From contig DKQU01000062.1 of NCBI GenBank assembly GCA_002471865.1, positions 1 to 36,954 on the forward strand: 36,954 nt of DNA, written 5' to 3'. The stretch's first letter is position 1. Each line of letters begins with the position of its first letter. The DNA is from Fidelibacterota bacterium UBA7300 (GTDB lineage Bacteria; Fidelibacterota; Marinisomatia; Marinisomatales; UBA2128). Of the stretch, positions 21,263 to 32,191 are shown one piece after another. The notes below the pieces were generated by a model. The model saw only the letters and a list, made by a program, of their open reading frames with translations, ran no database searches and was not told the DNA's origin. The position numbers and the translations under genes were made by a program.

Positions 21263-22579
21263 ATGACCAATAGTATCATATCTTACATCACATCTTTTGT
21301 TACCATTTTGACTGTCACAGCTTTTTGTCAGGATATTGACAAACTGCATGAAGAAGCCAATAAATTATATAACGAAGGAAATCCTGATTCTGCTGAAGTC
21401 AAACTCAAGATTGTGGTGGATGCCGATAATACATATCACGAATCGCACTATCTTTTGAGTCAGATTTACCTTAACCGCTATGATCTTGAGAATTCGAGAA
21501 AACATTTGACTAAGGCGATTGAGGCAGATAAGACAAATCAGACTTATCGTGATGAGTTTGAGCGTATAAACAAAGTTGCTTCCGATTTTGCTATGGCAAA
21601 ACGAAAATTTGACAACGGCGATTTTTACGGAGCGATTGATGAATTTCGTACGTTGTCTGAAAAGTATATAAATTTTGCACCCAAAGCGCTCTACTTTATG
21701 GGAGTAGCCGCAAATAGAGAGGAGGAAATCTCAGAGGCTGCTGGTTATCTACAACATGCATTGGAGTTGGATCCAAATTATCAGGAAGCTAATAATTATC
21801 TAAATAAGCTGGCTTCAAAAAAGTATAATGAGGCTAATCAGCTAGTCAGAAGAGGGGATTATGAAGAAGCAAAAGAAATGTATAAATCTGTGCTTGAACT
21901 GAGTCCGAATTACTATCAAGGTTATTTTCAACTTGGATTTGTAGCTACCAAACAAGGAGATTTTACCGAAGCTATCAGATATTATATAAAAACTGTTGAG
22001 TTACAGCCGTATTTTTCTAAAGGGTGGTTTGCTTTAGCTCTTGCATATCAAAAAATAGACGAAATAGCTTTAGCTCTGGATGCTTTGAGTTCAGCCACTG
22101 ATGTTGATCCCACTTACGCCAAAGCTTATGCCCAAAAAGGAAATATTTATCTAAGTGAAGGAGATTATGACGGAGCTGAGCAGGAGTATAACAATTCTAT
22201 TCAAGCCGATCCATCATATGCCATTGCTTACCAGAATTTGGGTAAAGTACTCATCGCTAATCAGGAATATGAAGATGCTATTCAGACTCTATCTAAAGCC
22301 ACTGATTTAGATGCACGGTCTTTTAGATCATGGACAATGCTTGCTCAAGCTTATAATTCGATTGATCGCTGTTACGACGCAAAAGATGCGGCACACGAGG
22401 CGCTCGAAATCAAAAAGAATTATGCACCAGCATTATTTGACTTAGGATTAGCAGAGAAGTGTTTGGATAATGAGACATTAGCACTGCAAGCATTCAATAA
22501 AGCCAGGCGTGATCGTAATTGGCGGAAGTTAGCGGAGAGAGAGATCGACAAAATCAATAATCCGGAAGATTACGAATAA
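21263..22579 (+). CDS. exported tetratricopeptide repeat protein
   Basis: Signal-peptide-like N-terminus; repeated A...Y..A.EL.P.Y..AY..LG units; AGGAG RBS. Confidence 0.9.
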   Translation: MTNSIISYITSFVTILTVTAFCQDIDKLHEEANKLYNEGNPDSAEVKLKIVVDADNTYHESHYLLSQIYLNRYDLENSRKHLTKAIEADKTNQTYRDEFERINKVASDFAMAKRKFDNGDFYGAIDEFRTLSEKYINFAPKALYFMGVAANREEEISEAAGYLQHALELDPNYQEANNYLNKLASKKYNEANQLVRRGDYEEAKEMYKSVLELSPNYYQGYFQLGFVATKQGDFTEAIRYYIKTVELQPYFSKGWFALALAYQKIDEIALALDALSSATDVDPTYAKAYAQKGNIYLSEGDYDGAEQEYNNSIQADPSYAIAYQNLGKVLIANQEYEDAIQTLSKATDLDARSFRSWTMLAQAYNSIDRCYDAKDAAHEALEIKKNYAPALFDLGLAEKCLDNETLALQAFNKARRDRNWRKLAEREIDKINNPEDYE

Positions 22580-22661
22580 TAAACTCATATAACCCGGCGA
22601 ATTGAGACGGAGTTTCTGAAAATGTTACCAAACAAACTTCGAACTTGAATTTACATTTATC

Positions 22662-23342
22662 ATGATAAAAGCTGTCATATTTGACCTCGATAATACTCTT
22701 CTTGATTTCATAAGTATGAAAGAAAGTGCCGTTACTTCGGCAGTACATGCAATGATTGAAGCAGGATTGGATATCGATGAAGAAAATAGTTACGAACGAA
22801 TCTTGGAGTTATACCAGGAAACGGGATGGGAAAATCAGCAAATATTTGACATCTTCTTAAAAGAGAAAACAGGAGAAGTTAATAATAAATATTTAGCTGC
22901 TGCGATAGTCTCTTATCGAAGAGCCAGAGAAGCAACACTTCGTCTTTATCCAGATGTTCAACGCACACTTATTATACTCGCAAAAAAGGGTATCAAGTTG
23001 GCAGTTGTATCTGATGCACCAAGTAGGGAAGCTTGGATGCGCATTTATTATTTGAATCTACACCATGTGTTTGATCTTGTCCTTACATTTGATGATATAG
23101 GTGAACGAAAGCCATCACCAAAGGGATTTGAGTTGGCGCTGTCAAAATTGGCTGTCCAGCCTGAAGAGGCTTTAATGGTAGGTGACTGGCCTGAGCGGGA
23201 TGTAGCCGGAGCATCCAAACTTGGGATTAAGACTATTTATGCCAAGTACGGTGACACGTTTGGTACCGTTGAATCTGGTGCTGACTGGGATGTGGAAAAC
23301 ATTTACGAAGTCGTCGGTATTATCAAATCACTTAATGACTAA
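22662..23342 (+). CDS. HAD-IA family hydrolase
   Basis: Motif I FDLDNTL, VVSD, KPSP, MVGDWPERD..GA...G. Confidence 0.92.
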   Translation: MIKAVIFDLDNTLLDFISMKESAVTSAVHAMIEAGLDIDEENSYERILELYQETGWENQQIFDIFLKEKTGEVNNKYLAAAIVSYRRAREATLRLYPDVQRTLIILAKKGIKLAVVSDAPSREAWMRIYYLNLHHVFDLVLTFDDIGERKPSPKGFELALSKLAVQPEEALMVGDWPERDVAGASKLGIKTIYAKYGDTFGTVESGADWDVENIYEVVGIIKSLND

Positions 23343-23703
23343 GAATACTATCGGTACGGACATTGTATCCGTAAACCGCATCAAAAAATTGGCAGAAAAT
23401 CATGAATTTAATTTTTATCGACATGTTTACACAGATGAAGAGGTATTATGGTGTAATGATCGATCGTCTCCTCATATACATTTAGCAGGAAGATTCGCAG
23501 CAAAGGAAGCTGTGAAGAAAGCCATTCTATCTCAGGGAGAGAAGGCAGTTATTCCGTTAAATACCATCGAAATACGACGTGAATCAGATGGTCCTCCACA
23601 GATACATTTACTTTCTGAGTTATCTAAAATATACTCAGTAGAAGTTTCAATCTCGCATACTGATGAATATGCCATTGCCGTTGCTTTAGCCTCAGCCGAA
23701 TGA
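23335..23703 (+). CDS. acpS: holo-[acyl-carrier-protein] synthase
   Basis: IGTDIVSV.RI, LAGRFAAKEAVKKA, VSISHTDEYA; start moved to ATG 23335. Confidence 0.95.
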   Translation: MTKNTIGTDIVSVNRIKKLAENHEFNFYRHVYTDEEVLWCNDRSSPHIHLAGRFAAKEAVKKAILSQGEKAVIPLNTIEIRRESDGPPQIHLLSELSKIYSVEVSISHTDEYAIAVALASAE

Positions 23704-25235
23704 AAATACTTTCCACTGAAGAAGCCCGTTCGGTTGATCACCATACTTCGAAGGAATTAGGTGTCTCAGGTGAAACGCTAATGCAGAAAGCCGGAAAAGC
23801 GATTGTAGAGAAAGCGAAGGAAATGTTCGCCGGGAGCGGGAGTAAAAGAGTTATTGTATTATGCGGAAAAGGAAATAACGGTGGTGATGGGTTTACAGCC
23901 GCTGAATTACTTGTAAAGGAGGGATTTGACTGTAAACTGATTTCTACTGTAGCCCAGGAGGAAATTACCGGCGATGCGAAAATCTTTCACGATCGCTGTA
24001 TTAATGCTGGATTGCGAATCGTATACGAGGCAGTGTCCGACGATTTCAATCTCTCGGATTATGATTTGATTCTCGATGGTCTTCTGGGGACTGGGATAAA
24101 AGGTCAGGTGCGACCCAACACATCAGAATGGATTAAAGCGATAAATAGTTCAAATGTATCTGTTCTGGCCATTGATATACCTTCAGGTGTGAACGGTAAC
24201 AGTGGACAGGTTTCGGGAATTGCTGTGAAGAGTGATGCCACTGTTACCATGGGATTTCTAAAGCAGGGAATAGTGATAGAGCCGGGTGCTTCCTTGGCAG
24301 GCGAGATATCAGTTGCTGATATCGGTTATCCTAAAGATGCATTTGACATACTTCAAACCGATAAAAAGTTGATTAATCATACGCTTGCGAAACAATTTCT
24401 GACTCCACCTCCGCCTGATACATATAAGCACCGGCAGGGAAAAGTTTTGATAATTGGAGGTTCAAAAGGATATACTGGAGCAGGATGTTTAGCAGCTCAA
24501 GGTGCCCTCAGAGCCGGCGCAGGTTTGGTCATTGCGGCAGTCCCCGCCTCGCTGAATGCTATTTACGAGTCAAAATTGACAGAAGTCATTACTGCTCCTT
24601 TGAGTGATGGTGGGAGTGGACATTTTCGTTTAGATGATGTTGATATTATTGAGGAAAAACTTGAGTGGTGTGATGCCTTGATTATCGGACCGGGATTAGG
24701 CACGGATGATGAGTCTCTTAACTTTGCCGAAGCTGTTGTGAAATCATCTTCTAAGCCTATGGTAATTGATGCGGATGCTCTACGCGTGTTTCACGGAAAT
24801 CTTGATGTATTCAGCGAGCTCAAAAGTGATTTTGTAATTACTCCACATCATGGAGAGGCGGCTCAACTTCTAAACTTGGAGAAAGAAGTTGTGTCTTCAG
24901 ATCCCTTTAACTTTGCTTTTGATGTATGGCAGAAAACAGGAGGGACGGTTGTCCTCAAAGGTGCTCCTACACTTGTAGCTTCAGGGGAGTTAATTTCTGC
25001 GAATGTCACCGGTCATAGGGGTTTGGCAACAGGCGGCTCAGGAGATGTTCTTTCTGGTTTAATCGGATCGTTCATGGCGCAGGGGTTAACACCAGAAGTA
25101 GCAGCCAGAGTGGGTGTTCTAATTCACGGTGAAGCTGCTGATATTCTTCTGAAAAAATATGGATTTCGAGGACTCCTTGCAGGTGATCTGCTAGAGGTTC
25201 TCCCAACTGTTCTTTCCACCTATGAATGTAACTAA
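23700..25235 (+). CDS. nnr: bifunctional NAD(P)H-hydrate epimerase/dehydratase
   Basis: CGKGNNGGDG, DGLLGTG, AIDIPSG; HK/G.V..IGGS.GYTGA, IDADAL, TPH.GE, ATGGSGDVLSG. Confidence 0.95.
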   Translation: MKILSTEEARSVDHHTSKELGVSGETLMQKAGKAIVEKAKEMFAGSGSKRVIVLCGKGNNGGDGFTAAELLVKEGFDCKLISTVAQEEITGDAKIFHDRCINAGLRIVYEAVSDDFNLSDYDLILDGLLGTGIKGQVRPNTSEWIKAINSSNVSVLAIDIPSGVNGNSGQVSGIAVKSDATVTMGFLKQGIVIEPGASLAGEISVADIGYPKDAFDILQTDKKLINHTLAKQFLTPPPPDTYKHRQGKVLIIGGSKGYTGAGCLAAQGALRAGAGLVIAAVPASLNAIYESKLTEVITAPLSDGGSGHFRLDDVDIIEEKLEWCDALIIGPGLGTDDESLNFAEAVVKSSSKPMVIDADALRVFHGNLDVFSELKSDFVITPHHGEAAQLLNLEKEVVSSDPFNFAFDVWQKTGGTVVLKGAPTLVASGELISANVTGHRGLATGGSGDVLSGLIGSFMAQGLTPEVAARVGVLIHGEAADILLKKYGFRGLLAGDLLEVLPTVLSTYECN

Positions 25236-25584
25236 ATATCGCATTCTTACTGGATTGTATTGTGCCTTGATATTAACACTTTCTTCATTATCTTTTCACC
25301 CGTCGTTTGTTTCCAAATGGGATAAAGTAATTCACTTCACTGAATACGCTATTTTGGGTGCACTTTTACTTGCGAGTGTGGAACAACGGGGTGTTAAAAT
25401 TGTTTTATTGATCGTAGCAATCGGCTCTATTTTTGCAGGTTTAGATGAGATGTGGCAATCAATGATTCCTACAAGGATTCCAAGTGTATATGATTGGTTG
25501 GCGGATACAGGTGGACTTTTTGTCGGAGCCACTTTTTCGACACTACTTTTTCGTTATAAAATATTGAGATATAATAATGGATAA
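25222..25584 (+). CDS. VanZ-like family membrane protein
   Basis: DKVIHFTEYAILG, DE.WQS.IP.R..S..DWLAD..G. Confidence 0.88.
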   Translation: MNVTKYRILTGLYCALILTLSSLSFHPSFVSKWDKVIHFTEYAILGALLLASVEQRGVKIVLLIVAIGSIFAGLDEMWQSMIPTRIPSVYDWLADTGGLFVGATFSTLLFRYKILRYNNG

Positions 25585-26830
25585 ATTAGTCATAAATGGT
25601 CAGAAAATTTTAAATGGTATAGTTGAAATCAGTGGTGCGAAAAATGCTGTTCTTCCCGTAATGGTAGCTACGCTTTTAGCACCTGGGAAATACAGAATTT
25701 CTCGAGTACCCGATCTGCGGGATACACATACCATGCTCAGATTGTTGGAAATGATAGGCGCCACCAGCAGTTTTGAAAACAATGAGCTTCTCATAGATAC
25801 CACTAAAGCCTCCAATCCTGAAGCTCCTTATGATTTGGTTAAAACCATGAGAGCGTCATTTTATGTTCTAGGACCGCTTACAGCCCGTTTTGGATATGCT
25901 AAAGTATCTCTACCAGGAGGATGTGCTTGGGGACCTAGGCCTGTCAATTTTCACATTTCAGCTTTAGAAGCGATGGGGGCTGAGATTGAACTCGATGAGG
26001 GATATGTCATCGCTACAGCAGATCGACTGAAAGGGGCGAAGATCACATTTGATTTTCCATCTGTCGGGGCGACAGGTAACGCTGTCATGGCAGCTGTGTT
26101 GGCTGATGGTGAAACAGTTATCCAGAATGCTGCTTGTGAACCTGAAATCAGCTGTTTGTGTGACTTCTTGAATGCTATGGGAGCGCAAATTTCAGGTATT
26201 GGCAGTGAAAAATTGACTATTGAAGGTGTTGATCAGCTCAATCCTGTAGACTTCGAAATTATTCCTGATCGAATTGAAGCTGCGACATTTTTAATAGCAG
26301 GTGCGATGGTGGGAGACAGTATCACTTTGAAAGGGGCAAATCCAGATCACCTTACCGCAGTTATTGAAAAGCTTCAAGAAAGTGGCCAAGAAATTACAAC
26401 TACAGACGATTCTGTGTTAATTAACAAATTGGGTCCGATTAAATCCATTGACATGACGACGGCAGTTTATCCCGGATTTCCCACAGACGTTCAAGCTCAA
26501 TGGATGGCACTCATGACTGTTTCAGATGGAACATCCATCATCACAGATACAGTTTACCACGATAGATTCACTCATGTCTCAGAGTTAAGCAGATTTGGAG
26601 CTTGGATCACCATGAAAGATAATGTTGCGGTTGTGTCAGGTCGAAAAACGCTCAAGGGTGCTCCAGTCATGTCTACTGATATTCGAGCCAGCGCTTCCTT
26701 GATATTAGCTGGGCTTGTAGCTCAAGACCGGACAGATATTTCCAGAATTTATCATATTGACCGTGGCTACGAACGAATTGAAGAAAAACTCAGGGGATTG
26801 GGAGCTGATATCCGACGTGAATCTGAGTGA
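25577..26830 (+). CDS. murA: UDP-N-acetylglucosamine 1-carboxyvinyltransferase
   Basis: SGAKNA, MRAS, LPGGCAWGPRP (catalytic Cys retained), PDRIEA, YPGFPTD.Q, HIDRGYE. Confidence 0.99.
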   Translation: MDKLVINGQKILNGIVEISGAKNAVLPVMVATLLAPGKYRISRVPDLRDTHTMLRLLEMIGATSSFENNELLIDTTKASNPEAPYDLVKTMRASFYVLGPLTARFGYAKVSLPGGCAWGPRPVNFHISALEAMGAEIELDEGYVIATADRLKGAKITFDFPSVGATGNAVMAAVLADGETVIQNAACEPEISCLCDFLNAMGAQISGIGSEKLTIEGVDQLNPVDFEIIPDRIEAATFLIAGAMVGDSITLKGANPDHLTAVIEKLQESGQEITTTDDSVLINKLGPIKSIDMTTAVYPGFPTDVQAQWMALMTVSDGTSIITDTVYHDRFTHVSELSRFGAWITMKDNVAVVSGRKTLKGAPVMSTDIRASASLILAGLVAQDRTDISRIYHIDRGYERIEEKLRGLGADIRRESE

Positions 26831-26916
26831 CTTGTCTGTTTCTATAGTTTCTCGTTGATAACAATCGACTCTCAAGATAAATTCACTCGTATTTTTCTTG
26901 ACTATGACTACAACTT

Positions 26917-27007
26917 GGAGAGGTGGCCGAGCTGGCTGAAGGCGCCCGCCTGCTAAGTGGGTGTAGGGCTTAAAACTCTACCGAGGGTTCGAATCCCTCC
27001 CTCTCCG
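26917..27007 (+). tRNA. tRNA-Ser(GCT)
   Basis: GGAGAGG/CCTCTCC acceptor, CCCGC-CTGCTAA-GTGGG anticodon arm, long variable arm, G73. Confidence 0.96.
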
Positions 27008-27029
27008 CTCTTAAAGTCAGATTCTAATT

Positions 27030-27117
27030 GGAGGCGTGGCAGAGTCCGGCTGAATGCACTGGTCTTGAAAACCAGCGAGGGTTTCGCCCTCCAGAGGTTC
27101 GAATCCTCTCGCCTCCG
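27030..27117 (+). tRNA. tRNA-Ser(TGA)
   Basis: GGAGGCG/CGCCTCC acceptor, CTGGT-CTTGAAA-ACCAG anticodon arm, long variable arm, G73. Confidence 0.96.
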
Positions 27118-27174
27118 CATGTATTTCCTGTCAATTGAAGAAAAAAGAAAAAATATAAATGCTGATTGTTAACA

Positions 27175-28617
27175 ATGAATAATACAATAAGAGTTCGCTT
27201 TGCACCCAGTCCAACAGGTGAACTTCACCTTGGAGGTGCTCGGACAGCACTTTTCAATTATCTGTTTGCCAAGCAAAATGACGGGAAATTCTATCTTCGT
27301 ATCGAAGATACAGATGAAGCTCGTTCCAGAGAGGAATATGTAGATCAAATCTGTGATTCACTCCGATGGTTAGGACTCAATTGGGATGGTCCACTTCTGT
27401 TTCAATCCCGTCGGAAAGATGAATATCGAGCTGCTGTTAAAAAACTCTTATCTGAAGAGAAAGCATACCGTTGTTTCTGCACAAAAGAAGAATTGAGTGA
27501 AGAGCGAAAAAGTGCGGAATCAAAAGGTGGCTTTTTGGGTTATTCCGGAAAATGTTTACAACTAACTAAAAGTGAAATAAAGGGAAAGCTTAACTCTGCT
27601 GAACCGTTTTGTGTTCGTTTGAAAGTAGCTAAAAGCGGTAAGATATTATTCGAAGATGAAGTCTATGGTTCGATTGAGGTAAATAATAAGGAGATTGACG
27701 ATTTCATTATTCAGCGAACAGATGGTTTTCCTACTTATAACTTTGTTGTAGTAGTTGATGATTCGGAAATGGAAATTACTCACGTTATCCGCGGAGAAGA
27801 TCATTTGACTAATACCTCGAAGCAGATTAAAGTGTATGAAGCACTGGAAAGAAACGTTCCCATATTTGCTCACCTACCCATGATTTTGGGAGGTGACGGT
27901 AAACGTCTAAGTAAACGACATGGCGCCGTAGGCGTGCAGACTTATCGGGAAAGAGGTTTTCTTTCTGAGGCACTGGTAAATTTTCTTGCTCTCTTAGGTT
28001 GGAATCCGGGAGACGAAAGGGAGATATTTTCTCTAGAAGAATTGACCCAGAATTTCAGTCTTTCCAGAATAGTAAAAAAAGCAGCAGTTTTCGATGACAA
28101 GAAGTTTGAGTGGATGAGTGGACAACATGTGATGAAAACTCCTGCAAATGAGCTTCTGGAACGAATTCGAAAACTTGACCCAGAATGGAAAAAAAGCGTA
28201 ATACCGGATTATCTACTGGCAATAGTAGAAGTACAGCAGAAACGGTTGAAAACACTCGTTGATTTAATGACTCAGTCTGACTATTTCTTTGACGGTCCAA
28301 ATGATTATGATGAGAAAACCGCCAGGAAGCGATGGAAAGATGAATCAATCAACGCATTGATGGAAGATTTTTTGGACAGTCTGAGGACAGTTGAGGAGTG
28401 GAGTGAAGAACAGTTAGAAAACAGATTGAAAAAGTTTGCTGAAGAACGAGAATTAGGCTTAGGTAAGATAATTCATCCAACTCGTTTGGCACTGACGGGA
28501 GTTCCGAATGGTCCATCGCTTTTTCTTTTAATGGAGATTCTCGGCGAGGAAATCTGTTTTCAAAGGATTCAGACCGCTCTTAAAAAATTACCACTTGAGT
28601 CCAGGGAAGTAATTTAA
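27175..28617 (+). CDS. gltX: glutamate--tRNA ligase
   Basis: [45 protein letters not shown]. Confidence 0.98.
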   Translation: MNNTIRVRFAPSPTGELHLGGARTALFNYLFAKQNDGKFYLRIEDTDEARSREEYVDQICDSLRWLGLNWDGPLLFQSRRKDEYRAAVKKLLSEEKAYRCFCTKEELSEERKSAESKGGFLGYSGKCLQLTKSEIKGKLNSAEPFCVRLKVAKSGKILFEDEVYGSIEVNNKEIDDFIIQRTDGFPTYNFVVVVDDSEMEITHVIRGEDHLTNTSKQIKVYEALERNVPIFAHLPMILGGDGKRLSKRHGAVGVQTYRERGFLSEALVNFLALLGWNPGDEREIFSLEELTQNFSLSRIVKKAAVFDDKKFEWMSGQHVMKTPANELLERIRKLDPEWKKSVIPDYLLAIVEVQQKRLKTLVDLMTQSDYFFDGPNDYDEKTARKRWKDESINALMEDFLDSLRTVEEWSEEQLENRLKKFAEERELGLGKIIHPTRLALTGVPNGPSLFLLMEILGEEICFQRIQTALKKLPLESREVI

Positions 28618-28618
28618 C

Positions 28619-30301
28619 ATGAGTGAAATGGAAAAGAAGCCTCGTCATTTTATTGAACAGGTCATTGACGAAGATCTGGAATCTGGGAAGTACGATGGGC
28701 GAGTACACACTCGTTTTCCACCTGAACCAAACGGCTATCTTCATATCGGGCATGCCAAATCTATCTGCCTCAATTTTGGACTTGCTGTACAGTATAACAG
28801 CTACTGCAATCTACGTTTTGATGATACCAATCCTGTTCGCGAAGAAGAGGAGTATGTTAAGTCAATCATCGAGGATGTCCGCTGGCTAGGCTTTGATTGG
28901 GAAGATAGGCTTTATTATGCATCGGATTACTTTCAACAGCTTTACGATTTTGCCTGTCAATTGGTAGAAAGTGGCGATGCTTACGTAGATGATCAGTCTG
29001 CAGAGGAGATTCGTAAAACTCGTGGTTCATTGACAGAGCCCGGGAAAGAAAGTCCTTATCGAAATCGCTCCGTCGAAGAGAATCTCGATCTTTTCAAGCG
29101 GATGCAGTCTGGAGAATTTCCGGATGGAAGTAGAGTACTTAGAGCCAAGATTGACATGGAAGCGAACAACATGAACATGCGTGATCCTGTTATGTATCGC
29201 ATTCTCAGAGCTACACACCACAGGACAGGTGACGACTGGTGTATCTATCCCACATATGATTGGGCTCATGGATTGGAAGATTCTATTGAGCGGATTACTC
29301 ACTCGCTCTGTACGTTGGAGTTTGAAGATCACCGGCCGCTCTATGATTGGTATTTGGAAGCTTTGGATGTTTATCGTCCACAACAGATTGAATTTGCTCC
29401 ACTTAACTTGAGTTATACACTGTTGAGTAAAAGGATGCTGCGGGAATTAGTGGAAGGGGGATATGTGAACGGTTGGGATGATCCACGGATGCCTACCATT
29501 TCCGGACTTCGCCGCAGAGGTTTTACTCCAGCTTCCATTCGTGATTTTGCATCGAGAGTGGGAATAGCAAAACGTGAAGGAGTTGCTGATGTAGGGTTAC
29601 TAGAATATTGTCTCCGTCAGGACCTAAACATTCATGCTGAGCGTCGAATGGCTGTGTTGGACCCGCTTAAGGTTGTCATCAAGAATTATCCCGAAGGAGA
29701 AAGTGAGGAGTTAGAAGCCATTAACAATCCGGAAAATGAATCGGCCGGAAAAAGGAAGGTACCCTTCAGCCGTGAATTGTACATTGAAAGAGAGGATTTT
29801 CGTGAGGATCCGCCTAAAAAATACTTTCGACTGGCTCCTGGACGAGAGGTTCGTTTACGCTATGCTTACTTCTTGAAATGTGAAGAGGTTGTAAAGGACT
29901 CTTCCGGAGAGATAATAGAACTTCACTGTATTTACGATCCAGAAACTAAGGGTGGATCTGCACCTGACGGACGGAAGGTGCGGGGTACCATCCATTGGGT
30001 TTCAGCTCAGCATGCAGTCAGTCCGGAAATTCGTCTTTATGATCGATTGTTTCGTTCGTCAAAACCGGGAAGCGGAGGTGGTGACTTCAAAGCAGATATC
30101 AATACTAATTCCCTCGAAACCTTAAAGGACTGCAAACTTGAGCCGAGTCTTATTGATGCAAGGGCAGGTGAACACTTTCAGTTTGAACGTGTCGGTTACT
30201 TTTTTGTGGATCCTTTGGATTCCAGGGAAGGGAGTCCTATTTTCAATCGGACGGTTACTTTACGCGACAAGTGGACAAAGATCGAAAAATCCGGAAAGTA
30301 A
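28619..30301 (+). CDS. glnS: glutamine--tRNA ligase
   Basis: [53 protein letters not shown]. Confidence 0.97.
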   Translation: MSEMEKKPRHFIEQVIDEDLESGKYDGRVHTRFPPEPNGYLHIGHAKSICLNFGLAVQYNSYCNLRFDDTNPVREEEEYVKSIIEDVRWLGFDWEDRLYYASDYFQQLYDFACQLVESGDAYVDDQSAEEIRKTRGSLTEPGKESPYRNRSVEENLDLFKRMQSGEFPDGSRVLRAKIDMEANNMNMRDPVMYRILRATHHRTGDDWCIYPTYDWAHGLEDSIERITHSLCTLEFEDHRPLYDWYLEALDVYRPQQIEFAPLNLSYTLLSKRMLRELVEGGYVNGWDDPRMPTISGLRRRGFTPASIRDFASRVGIAKREGVADVGLLEYCLRQDLNIHAERRMAVLDPLKVVIKNYPEGESEELEAINNPENESAGKRKVPFSRELYIEREDFREDPPKKYFRLAPGREVRLRYAYFLKCEEVVKDSSGEIIELHCIYDPETKGGSAPDGRKVRGTIHWVSAQHAVSPEIRLYDRLFRSSKPGSGGGDFKADINTNSLETLKDCKLEPSLIDARAGEHFQFERVGYFFVDPLDSREGSPIFNRTVTLRDKWTKIEKSGK

Positions 30302-30385
30302 GAATGAAATATGAGATCAGCAGAAAAATTCTCGCTAGAAAAAATGCGATTGTAAATGAGCCGTCGCACTGATACATTCTTATTC

Positions 30386-31681
30386 ATGCGAATTCCACAA
30401 TCACTGCGTTTCTATATCTTAATAGCCCTCGTATTAACGGCCGGGGCAACAAACCTTTATAGTGCCAAACGGCTGAATCTATATCTATTGGATTTTGATA
30501 ACATTAAAAATGATGAAACTGTTTCCTGGCTAGCAAGAGGACTTGTGGATATGGTCTCAACCGGTTTCCAGAATGTGGATGGTGTTCGAATTCATGAGCA
30601 AGTTGCTTTGGAAAGAATACTGCAGGATCGTTCACTTTTGTTGCGTCAATCCTCAGGCACACGGAGCTTGCTTGTTATGGGTAGTTTTTCACGGAATTTG
30701 GATCAATTGTCAGTTAATATTCAATTAATCAACATCGCAAATTGGGTTGAGTTAGGAAGTTTTTCGACAAGAGGAAGTTTGAATCATATTTCGAAACTTG
30801 GAGAAGATATAGTTATTCAAATGCAGATAGCACTTGAGGGAGAGATTCCCCAATTGGATGCCCGAGGTGTACTTCAATCGCCTGATGCTAAAACTCCTAT
30901 TCCAGAATATCGTCAGCAAGCGAAGGAATTGAACTTCTCTCTTGAGACAGCAGTGGAAGATTTGGAGGAGGTGATGGACCTCTATATCGGCAGCAGAGGA
31001 GAATCAGATCCGACGATTTCTGAAGGGAGTACATTCAGCAGGGAATTTTCCTTCTCACCGGGAGGAACAACTGAAGATGTCCCAACAAAAGACGCCATTA
31101 TGCTGGAAGAAATTATCAATACCGTCTCCAGCAATCCTTATATCGTAGATATTAGCCGGCCGTCTTTACATGTTCCCACCGAAAACGATGGAACCGTACT
31201 GCTTGCTTTATCAGTGAAGTATTCTCTTCGAGAAAATGTCATCAAAGATATGCTATCATCCTTGCCATATTCGTCCATGCGTCAGGACGGGTCTCTCATT
31301 TCGCTTCAATTCTCCCGGAGGGAGATGGGTATACCTCATGCCTTGATCGAGCGCATTAACCGTGGAGATTTTCGCATCGTACCTGTGATTCAAATGATGG
31401 ATAATGCCGGGCGTGTACGGACAGTTATCCTGGAAACAACAGAGCCATCATGGTATCAAAGAAAATCGTCAAATGTCCGCTTTCTGACAGAACATCAGTT
31501 CTCGCCTCTCATAGCTTTTACCGCCAGTGGAAACTCTCTTCAGGTGATGATGGAAACAGTTGAAATTAATGCTGAATACACACTTTCTCTATCGAGACAA
31601 GAGGCTGTAAACTATACTAAAGTGGTAATAGAATTTGTTCCGGAATCTGAGTTGGAGCACTTTGTGGGGAAACTATTGTGA
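30386..31681 (+). CDS. exported hypothetical protein with TolB-N/CsgG-like N-terminal domain
   Basis: Signal-peptide-like start; L.LLDFDN......WLARGL.DM and MGSF....DQL.VNIQLINI pattern; rest unrecognised; TGA stop overlaps the next GTG. Confidence 0.6.
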   Translation: MRIPQSLRFYILIALVLTAGATNLYSAKRLNLYLLDFDNIKNDETVSWLARGLVDMVSTGFQNVDGVRIHEQVALERILQDRSLLLRQSSGTRSLLVMGSFSRNLDQLSVNIQLINIANWVELGSFSTRGSLNHISKLGEDIVIQMQIALEGEIPQLDARGVLQSPDAKTPIPEYRQQAKELNFSLETAVEDLEEVMDLYIGSRGESDPTISEGSTFSREFSFSPGGTTEDVPTKDAIMLEEIINTVSSNPYIVDISRPSLHVPTENDGTVLLALSVKYSLRENVIKDMLSSLPYSSMRQDGSLISLQFSRREMGIPHALIERINRGDFRIVPVIQMMDNAGRVRTVILETTEPSWYQRKSSNVRFLTEHQFSPLIAFTASGNSLQVMMETVEINAEYTLSLSRQEAVNYTKVVIEFVPESELEHFVGKLL

Positions 31682-32175
31682 TACGACTAATTGTATTCTC
31701 TGGTTTGATTTTAAATTTTCTGATTGCCCAAATAGATCAAATTCCTGTCATTAAATTGAAATTAGCAGATGGAAGTGAAACGACATTGGAAGAAATATAT
31801 CATACTGGGCCGGTTCTAATTGATTTCTGGGCACTTTGGTGTGCTCCGTGTCTGAAAGCCATGCGGCATCTGGATGATCTTCAAGAAAAATACCGTGTTC
31901 AAGGGTTTACAATCTTAGGGATTAATCTTGATACAGAACGGAGTCAATCCAAAGTGAAGAGTTATATTCGGTCAAAAGGGTATGGATTTACCGTGGCTCT
32001 TGATCCAAGTCAGGAAAGCTATCGAAGACTTAATGGTACTGCTATGCCGTTTACACTTCTGGTGAACAGCACAGGAAAAATAGTTTATCGTCATTCCGGA
32101 TATGTTCCGGGTGATGAGAAAATATTCGAAACTGAGATCCAGTCAATATTATCATCTCTAGAGCAATCACAATAG
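31678..32175 (+). CDS. TlpA-family thiol-disulfide oxidoreductase, exported
   Basis: GPVLIDFWALWCAPC, ILGINLD, MPFT.LVN..GKIVYRH.GY.PGDE; hydrophobic N-terminus. Confidence 0.93.
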   Translation: MIRLIVFSGLILNFLIAQIDQIPVIKLKLADGSETTLEEIYHTGPVLIDFWALWCAPCLKAMRHLDDLQEKYRVQGFTILGINLDTERSQSKVKSYIRSKGYGFTVALDPSQESYRRLNGTAMPFTLLVNSTGKIVYRHSGYVPGDEKIFETEIQSILSSLEQSQ

Positions 32176-32191
32176 TATTATCAAATTAATT

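Noticed and set aside
27030-27117. tRNA with TGA in the anticodon loop as tRNA-Sec or an opal suppressor
   Set aside because: Anticodon UGA reads UCA (Ser). tRNA-Sec needs anticodon UCA and an 8-bp acceptor stem; this gene has a normal 7-bp stem. No selC is present in the window.
26957-27172. 71-aa ORF
   Set aside because: It overlaps two tRNA-Ser genes and is spurious. The same applies to 21143..21349 (-) over tRNA-Leu.
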